DNA of 64,000 nt, from assembly GCA_965227295.1 (NCBI GenBank), contig OZ245742.1, positions 4,480,001 to 4,544,000 on the forward strand, given 5' to 3'. The notes below the pieces were generated by a model that made no database searches, was not told where the DNA came from, and saw nothing but the letters and a program-made list of their open reading frames with translations. The position numbers and the translations under genes were made by a program. Source of the DNA: Leptonemataceae bacterium. GTDB taxonomy: Bacteria > Spirochaetota > Leptospiria > Leptospirales > Leptonemataceae. Below are positions 59,585 through 64,000 of the stretch, piece by piece (the first letter of the stretch is position 1; every line of letters begins with the position of its first letter).

Positions 59585-61341
59585 TCTTCCAGCCCCCGCG
59601 CGGTTTCGTGAGTGCCAGATAGATGCCTTCGTCCGCCAGGAAGGCATACGGCTCTTGCCAGTCGAAAATGACCTCGTCGCCGTCCACGTAGATCGCGCGC
59701 ACCATGTTTCGCAGAAGTTTCGCTTTCTCCGCAGTGGTCCGCGCCGCCAGATACTTTTCCGGAATCGTCCGCAGTTCTTCAATGTATCGCAGGATGGTGT
59801 TGTTGATCTCGAAGTCTTCCGCGCGCAGGCTCTGGCCTTTTTTCTCCAGCGTCTTGATTTCATCCTGCATTTCGCGGATGGTTTCCATGATCTGCCGCGC
59901 GGCGGCTGGTTCGCTGGCCGCGTATTCTCTGTATAACCGCCGGATCTGCTGATCCAGGCTTTCGCACTTCAACCGGATATACTTCTGGTCCGATTTGAAA
60001 TTCGACGCTTGCTGAGTCATCGCCCCCTCGAAGAGGCGGCCGAGACGTTCGGCGTAGGCTCCGGTAAATTGAAGCGTAGCCACGGCGCCGTCGATCGCTT
60101 CGATAAGACGGGGTTCTGAGATATAGCGGGGGCGGATTTCGTGGGCGCAACGGTGTTTGTAGTATACGTACGATCCCCGGCCGCTTTTGCCCTTTTGGTG
60201 GTCTGCTGTGAAGAGATTACGGTCATCTTCGCAGTGAGCGCAACGGATTAGACGGGTGAAATGTGCCTGGCGACGGTTTTTTTTGAGCCCCACGGCCTGG
60301 GTTGCGATACGCTTTTTTCTTGCCAGCCAGCGGGCTTTGTCGTAGTAAATTTGTGGTTCCAAGGCCAGCGGGTGCACATTTTGACCATCGGCGTCATAAT
60401 GGGAGCTGTAAACTTTCCCGCGCCAGATGAATTCTCCGTGGTATTCATGGCGCTCTGTTAAGAGTTTGTATATATTGCCTTTGGTCCACGCCTTGCCGGA
60501 CTGGTTCTTGAGGCCGATATCGTTCAGGTGAGCAACGAACTCGGGGAGGGTATAATTGCTGGAATCAAAATTATCGAAGATGTAACGAAGATCATATTCA
60601 GAACGTGGGTCGATCTCGTAGAGTTTTTTCTGGCGGTTATAGAGATAACCCCAAGCTCCATGACCGGGCTTTACACGCCACGAGAGCTTCTTTTGTTGGC
60701 CTTCTTGAATGCGCCAGCCTAAGTTGTCCGTCTCATGCTTGCCGATGACGCCCTGCACAAGGTACGACATTACGATGGAGGGATGAGTGTTTTCGTCGAG
60801 AGTAATGCCTAACGCATAAAAAACAATGACGATTCCTGAGCGGCGTAGTTCATCGATTCGATTAATGTCCGGCAAATTCCGGGCCGCTCGAGTAGCATCC
60901 TTAAAGTAAATCCGATCGCCGGCACAAGATAAGTGTTTGCGCACTGTAGCATAAATTGAAACCACGGACGCTGCTCTTTAGATGCGCTCTCGATGAACTG
61001 AAAGTTGTGGACGACTTCGTAACCATCACGCTTCGCTTGAGCCATACCATGTTCATTCTGGTATGCGAGACTGGTGCCGTCCTCTTGAGATGTGCTGGAC
61101 ACTCGATCTACAGTGAATGCTTTTCGAGATATAGTACGGCCAGATCTGCGCCTCAGTAATTCAACAATTGCGTTCTTCTCATTCTGCGTCATGAAGAATT
61201 CTGTGAAATCCTCCATCTTAAGCGCAAGCGAAATTCTCTTAAACGCAATCAAGGCCGTACCCTATTTGGATTACATCGCCTACTTAGAACACCAGTTTTA
61301 CTACAGCACAAGCCCCGCATTTTTTGCGCCAAAGATTCTTC

Positions 61342-62571
61342 ATGACTGACATTATAGATCGAGACGCGAGCAAAACCTCCAAAGGGTATAGACTGCAAAA
61401 ACTACGCGCGGTCGAACTAATGTTAGACAGCCTCGCCTCATCGGAAACCGCCTATGCATATGCCAGCATAGAAATCGAAGGTGATGTCCTTATCGCAGAA
61501 GCGTCCCAACGCGGGCTCAAAGAGTATTCAGAGGAAAACAAGAACTATTCCAAGTCATCTTCATTCACCCTTTCTAGCGACGAAGTAAAAAAGTCCATCG
61601 TCATTTTTTTGGACATATACTTCGCCAAACACCAAAGCCCGGAGCTCAACTTTGGATTTTACACCACAAACGGAATTGCCTCCGAAAAACAGACCAAATC
61701 TTTGAGCGAGATTGGGGTGACATTAGGCGGAGACGCCCTTTTAGAATCTCTTGTCAATGCAACCTTCAGTGATACGCAGCTTGAAAAAATAATCAAGATC
61801 GTCCTCCACACCTATAAGGCCGAGTACAAAAACAGGCCTGGTAATATCCGCGAAATTGAGAGCTGGAGCACTGCTCGGTGGCGATCTTTCTTTTCTCAGA
61901 TCCGCTGGCACTTTGGGAGCGAAGACGAAATTCAACTCATTAGCCGTATAGACAAAAAAATCCGCGAGTGCAAACACTACACAACAAACCACAGCGGAAA
62001 AGAGGATCTCATCCGTGCCGCCATAATCGAACTCTTCGATGAACGACAAAGCAATAAAACACCGACAGCACGCTTTGTGCACGGCTCTGACATTGCCTTG
62101 AAGTTTTTCCATGTTGCGGCAGGAGAAATCAAACGCACGGATCCTGTATTCAAGCTCTGGCAAGAGCTACCTCCTCCAGATGACAAGCGCAACATAAAGG
62201 ATAAGCTTCTGGGAATATCGCCGAGCCTCGATCCCAAACGGATCAAGCTATACGCTGTGGATATTGCAACGGGAGCTCTCGAACAGGAGGAATTCGCTGG
62301 TGACAGGCATTTATTGGCATTAAAGTTCCGCATTCTCAAAACTTGCCAAGAACGACTCCTCCAACTTGCCCCGCTAATCCATGCCTATTCCCCACAATCT
62401 AATCCGGAACAGGTATGCGACTGGATATCTGACCTCCAGATAGCAGCCCAGGAGACTGTTGCCGACGTCAGCCGAGCATACGCCTACCCTCTCGAAACCG
62501 AGAGCTTTATCAGGTCCCTAGTTTTAGAATTATTCGACTCTTGCTACCTACATTTTGACAATGACCCCTGA
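61342..62571 (+). CDS. Lamassu/ABC-3C effector: Cap4-like PD-(D/E)xK nuclease + C-terminal domain (LmuA-like)
   Basis: RDASKTSKGYRLQ..EIEGDV..EENKNY; C-terminal RNIKDKL..LFDSCYLHF; first gene of a coupled triad. Confidence 0.7.
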   Translation: MTDIIDRDASKTSKGYRLQKLRAVELMLDSLASSETAYAYASIEIEGDVLIAEASQRGLKEYSEENKNYSKSSSFTLSSDEVKKSIVIFLDIYFAKHQSPELNFGFYTTNGIASEKQTKSLSEIGVTLGGDALLESLVNATFSDTQLEKIIKIVLHTYKAEYKNRPGNIREIESWSTARWRSFFSQIRWHFGSEDEIQLISRIDKKIRECKHYTTNHSGKEDLIRAAIIELFDERQSNKTPTARFVHGSDIALKFFHVAAGEIKRTDPVFKLWQELPPPDDKRNIKDKLLGISPSLDPKRIKLYAVDIATGALEQEEFAGDRHLLALKFRILKTCQERLLQLAPLIHAYSPQSNPEQVCDWISDLQIAAQETVADVSRAYAYPLETESFIRSLVLELFDSCYLHFDNDP

Positions 62572-63100
62572 ATTAAATAAGATAAAACGAGCCATCATGT
62601 TTCTGCAACGGGAGGATTACTACTTCCTTGCATACAACATCCTTATAATTTTAAATGAACTCAATTGTGTCGAAGGAAAGAGGACCTTCCGGGACCATCG
62701 CAAACTCAGCTTCATAATAGAATTCACATCCAAAGGAAGCCTTGTGGAAATCTTACAGAGGGGGCAATCGAACGGGTCCATAAATCTCAGTGACCGTGAT
62801 AGATTATCACGCAGCTACTCTGTCGGATTGACCAGGATGAACGAGGTGCTAAGAATCACTCTCTTTCTTGCTCACAACGGCATCCTAACTGCGACCAAGC
62901 AAAGAGATGGAACATTTAATTTGAGACTCAATCCCGAGAAGCTACCTTCCGGGTTTCTTCGCTCCGAAGAATTTGCTTATGAGATCTCAAATATCCAATC
63001 TTTTCGGCGCCAAACCAACCGCCTATCAAACCTACTTGCTCGCACCTTTCTGGAACGCACTTATTCAGACAATGGCATCATGATATGGGAAGACTACTGA
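62561..63100 (+). CDS. ABC-3C middle component (LmuC-like)
   Basis: ~179 aa ORF overlapping both the effector stop and the ATPase start; assignment mainly by position. Confidence 0.6.
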   Translation: MTPELNKIKRAIMFLQREDYYFLAYNILIILNELNCVEGKRTFRDHRKLSFIIEFTSKGSLVEILQRGQSNGSINLSDRDRLSRSYSVGLTRMNEVLRITLFLAHNGILTATKQRDGTFNLRLNPEKLPSGFLRSEEFAYEISNIQSFRRQTNRLSNLLARTFLERTYSDNGIMIWEDY

Positions 63101-64000
63101 TTGAAAAGCTTAAATACTCTGGCGACTCTTTCGAATATGAATCGCCGACACTTGGACCTGGGATAAATATCCTCGAAGGGGCGAACGCTACGGGAAAGAC
63201 TACTTTCACGAATCTCATATACTATGGACTCGGCGGCCATGTAGAAGAATTCCGCGCGAATGCAAAAGAACGACATGCCGAAATAACCGGAGATAAGAAC
63301 AACTTCGTCGACCTGTTCATCCGAATCAATGAAACGCCATACCAACTTCGTCGTTACATCGGAGATCCGAACATAGGCATCACCCACGAAACAATCACAA
63401 TCACTCGCACTTTGGACCGAAGAGAGTCGAGCGAAACGTTCTCCGACTGGCTACTTGACAAGCTTGGATTCGAAATTTTTGAGATTTTTCAAGGTTCTCA
63501 CAATTGGAGGATCAACTTTACGGACCTCGCTCGCCTAATCTACCATGACCAGAACACTGGCAACGTACGAAGCATATTCAAAGCTCCAGACACATCGTTC
63601 TTCTTGTCCGACTCTGCCAGCACGAGGAAGATAATATTTGAAGTTCTTACAGGAAAGACGTTTAACGATTACTACTCCACTCTTGGCAAGACAAGGCGGG
63701 CCGACCAACAGCGACAGGTGACAAAGGAGACTCTTCGGCGATTTATTGAGATAGCCGCGACACTACACTCTGAGAATCAACCCAAGAACAGCGACTTCAT
63801 TGAAGCCGCGTTACGCGAAAAACAGACTCAGCACGAGAAGTTAGAAGAATCACGACGAGCCCTTCAATCCAACGCACCCCAAGCCGGGGCAGGACTGCGT
63901 CAGCGCATCTCTGAGAAGACGAGTGAATTGACAGCCCAGCAACATAAACGTGTTGAGTTTAACTCCAAGAGATCCAGACAAATAGGGGAAGTTGTCAAAC
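63085..64000 (+). CDS. SMC/Rad50-like ABC ATPase (LmuB-like), truncated by window end
   Basis: Manual translation MGRLLIEKLKYSG..GINILEGANATGKTTF (Walker A)..INFTDLARLIYHDQ (Q-loop), then coiled coil. Open to 64000; absent from the ORF track. Confidence 0.88.
   Translation, partial: MGRLLIEKLKYSGDSFEYESPTLGPGINILEGANATGKTTFTNLIYYGLGGHVEEFRANAKERHAEITGDKNNFVDLFIRINETPYQLRRYIGDPNIGITHETITITRTLDRRESSETFSDWLLDKLGFEIFEIFQGSHNWRINFTDLARLIYHDQNTGNVRSIFKAPDTSFFLSDSASTRKIIFEVLTGKTFNDYYSTLGKTRRADQQRQVTKETLRRFIEIAATLHSENQPKNSDFIEAALREKQTQHEKLEESRRALQSNAPQAGAGLRQRISEKTSELTAQQHKRVEFNSKRSRQIGEVVK

Noticed and set aside
63094..63387. Minus-strand 97-aa ORF
   Set aside because: Antisense to the SMC-like ATPase frame, which has a clear Walker A motif.

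Overview
GC-rich bacterial chromosomal window. It is most likely from a Leptospirales/Leptospiraceae-like spirochaete; this is inferred from DUF1564- and DUF1554/Len-like genes, many lipoproteins, and a GTAGGAGTTCCTAC-type palindrome. Most of it is core genome: ruvA/ruvC/yebC, rph, a dcw cluster (rsmH to ftsZ), thyA-folA and a FabH-like gene. It also carries signalling genes (a hybrid kinase-PP2C and two sigma-54 activators) and a divergent five-gene circularly-permuted ATP-grasp/alpha-E/transglutaminase cluster with back-to-back sigma-54 promoters. At about 59.5 kb a lower-GC island begins at the 3' end of tRNA-Ser(CGA). It encodes a frameshifted large serine recombinase that reads antisense through the tRNA, and a three-gene Lamassu/ABC-three-component-like defence operon (nuclease effector, small middle component, SMC-like ATPase running off the window). 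Intergenic DNA holds two copies of a roughly 220-240 bp composite element (Flavo-1-like structured RNA plus a CCGAG-repeat tail), a wider family of CCGAG/GAG repeats placed just after stop codons, and three copies of a TGTA-N8-TACA-type palindrome. No CRISPR array or rRNA was seen.
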